Below are positions 63,501 to 64,000 of a stretch of 64,000 nt of DNA, piece by piece. Where the stretch lies: positions 1 through 64,000 of the forward strand of contig MEDY01000077.1 in NCBI GenBank assembly GCA_001724265.1, given 5' to 3'. Position 1 is the stretch's first letter, and every line of letters starts with the position of its first letter. The notes under the pieces were generated by a model, which did not search any database, was not told the DNA's origin, and worked only from the letters and a program-made list of their open reading frames with translations. The position numbers were made by a program, and so were the translations under genes. Origin of the DNA: Rhizaria sp. SCN 62-66 (lineage: Eukaryota).

Positions 63501-64000
63501 CGGCGCAGTACGATGCGGCGCGAGGTCGGACTGTCCGTTGCCGGCGTCTGCTTCACAATCGCAACAGCTACAGCAGACGCAGCAGCAGCACCAGCAGCAA
63601 CCACAGCAGGCGCAGCAGCCACAGCAACAACAGCAACGGCCGCAAGCTCCTCAAGAGCAGGGCCCATCGCGCGACCAACATGGGCAGGGGCCGCAGCAGC
63701 CGCCGACCCAGCCGGCGAAGCCACCTGCGACGGGTCCAGACCGCACCAACGGCAGTCACGGCAACGGCAATCATGGGAGCAACGGCAACAGCAAAAAGCA
63801 GTCAGTGCCCGCGGCGCCGTCATCGCCGCCGTCGCCGCCGTCGCCGCCGCGGCCGCCGGTGATCTTGCCCGGCCGCTGGCATGTGGTCGCGCTCACGGTG
63901 AACACGTTGCAGAGCGTCGCCATAGCCTACGTCGACGGCGTGCGCGTCGACCACGCCGTGCTGCCGTCGTCGCACAACGCGGTCACGTACACGACGACGA
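27549..64000 (+). CDS. Giant multidomain protein (>12,000 aa, 3' end outside window): LamG-like, permuted papain-like, beta-trefoil-like, DUF3638/DUF3645 SF2-type ATPase, EF-hands, LamG-like; exons 27549-28344, 28471-33378, 33503->64000; seven in-frame TAG codons
   Basis: ORF-track pieces 28401/32160 share one frame. Pieces 33493/38383/46582/48424/54475/58474 share another, which stays open from 58885 to 64000 when read codon by codon. Two AT-rich phase-1 introns (28345-28470, 33379-33502) join the exons. Motifs: QLIMGQGKTT, MDEVD, LAVPFIGKDVPSRSSEFSHPD, GYSGT, QGAYRMR, DLNGDGLLELDE, DKDCDGQVSLDEF, GRWHVV..YVDG. Confidence 0.9.
32079..32081 (+). other. In-frame TAG #1 in giant gene (LIEAV*KKIVRV), inferred sense codon
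   Basis: GCC GTC TAG AAA AAG; the frame is open on both sides. Confidence 0.85.
38353..38355 (+). other. In-frame TAG #2 (HSHAQ*PAQSS), inferred sense codon
   Basis: GCA CAG TAG CCG GCG CAA; the frame is open on both sides. Confidence 0.85.
46471..46473 (+). other. In-frame TAG #3 (HQSGR*FILKA), inferred sense codon
   Basis: GGA AGG TAG TTC ATC; the frame is open on both sides. A 42-nt intron is formally possible here. Confidence 0.75.
48328..48330 (+). other. In-frame TAG #4 inside a polyglutamine tract (QPQQQQQQP*QPQAQP), inferred sense codon
   Basis: CAG CAG CAG CAG CCG TAG CAG CCG CAA. Confidence 0.9.
54436..54438 (+). other. In-frame TAG #5 (LEAVQVRVS*RESDRESQQTREVEQE), inferred sense codon
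   Basis: GTT TCA TAG CGC GAG; lies in the E/Q/R-rich helix following the ATPase region. Confidence 0.85.
58396..58398 (+). other. In-frame TAG #6 (EDGKS*DSASS), inferred sense codon
   Basis: AAG AGT TAG GAT AGC; the frame is open on both sides. Confidence 0.85.
58882..58884 (+). other. In-frame TAG #7 (QAQLP*SPPPGAQSP), inferred sense codon
   Basis: CTT CCT TAG TCG CCA; followed by more than 5.1 kb of open frame to the window end. Confidence 0.85.
60172..60204 (+). repeat. (CAA)n microsatellite encoding polyQ in the giant gene
   Basis: CAA x9 followed by CAG CAA, in the coding frame. Confidence 0.9.

Noticed and set aside
27549-64000. Giant gene as a pseudogene with nonsense mutations
   Set aside because: Decay should also give TAA, TGA and frameshifts. 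None occurs in about 12,000 codons, and catalytic-type motifs are intact.
1-64000. tRNA (including a CUA suppressor), rRNA, CRISPR array or transposon
   Set aside because: None recognisable by eye. Repeats are coding microsatellites only. tRNAscan-SE on the whole genome is still needed.

Overview
Gene-dense nuclear DNA from a unicellular eukaryote, probably flagellated. Exons are GC-rich, and I resolved 15 AT-rich GT-AG introns of 103-266 nt. The first 27 kb holds ten ordinary genes: V-ATPase subunit c (partial), an F-BAR/RhoGAP, a DUF3427-like protein, RRP9, an NWE-motif ciliary protein, a UBZ/PBZ zinc-finger protein, an expanded OGG1, a zinc-ribbon cNMP-regulated kinase, an MPV17-family protein and a zf-MYND protein. 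From 27549 to beyond the window end there is a single giant gene of more than 12,000 codons, with LamG-like, papain-like, DUF3638/DUF3645 SF2-ATPase and EF-hand regions. The ORF track splits it into pieces. Apart from two introns, every break is one in-frame TAG (32079, 38353, 46471, 48328, 54436, 58396, 58882), with no frameshift and no in-frame TAA or TGA. All nine complete neighbouring genes end in TAA or TGA. The best explanation is a variant nuclear genetic code in which UAG alone is a sense codon, most likely Gln, while UAA and UGA remain stops. The amino acid assignment and the organism cannot be confirmed without alignments or RNA/protein data.
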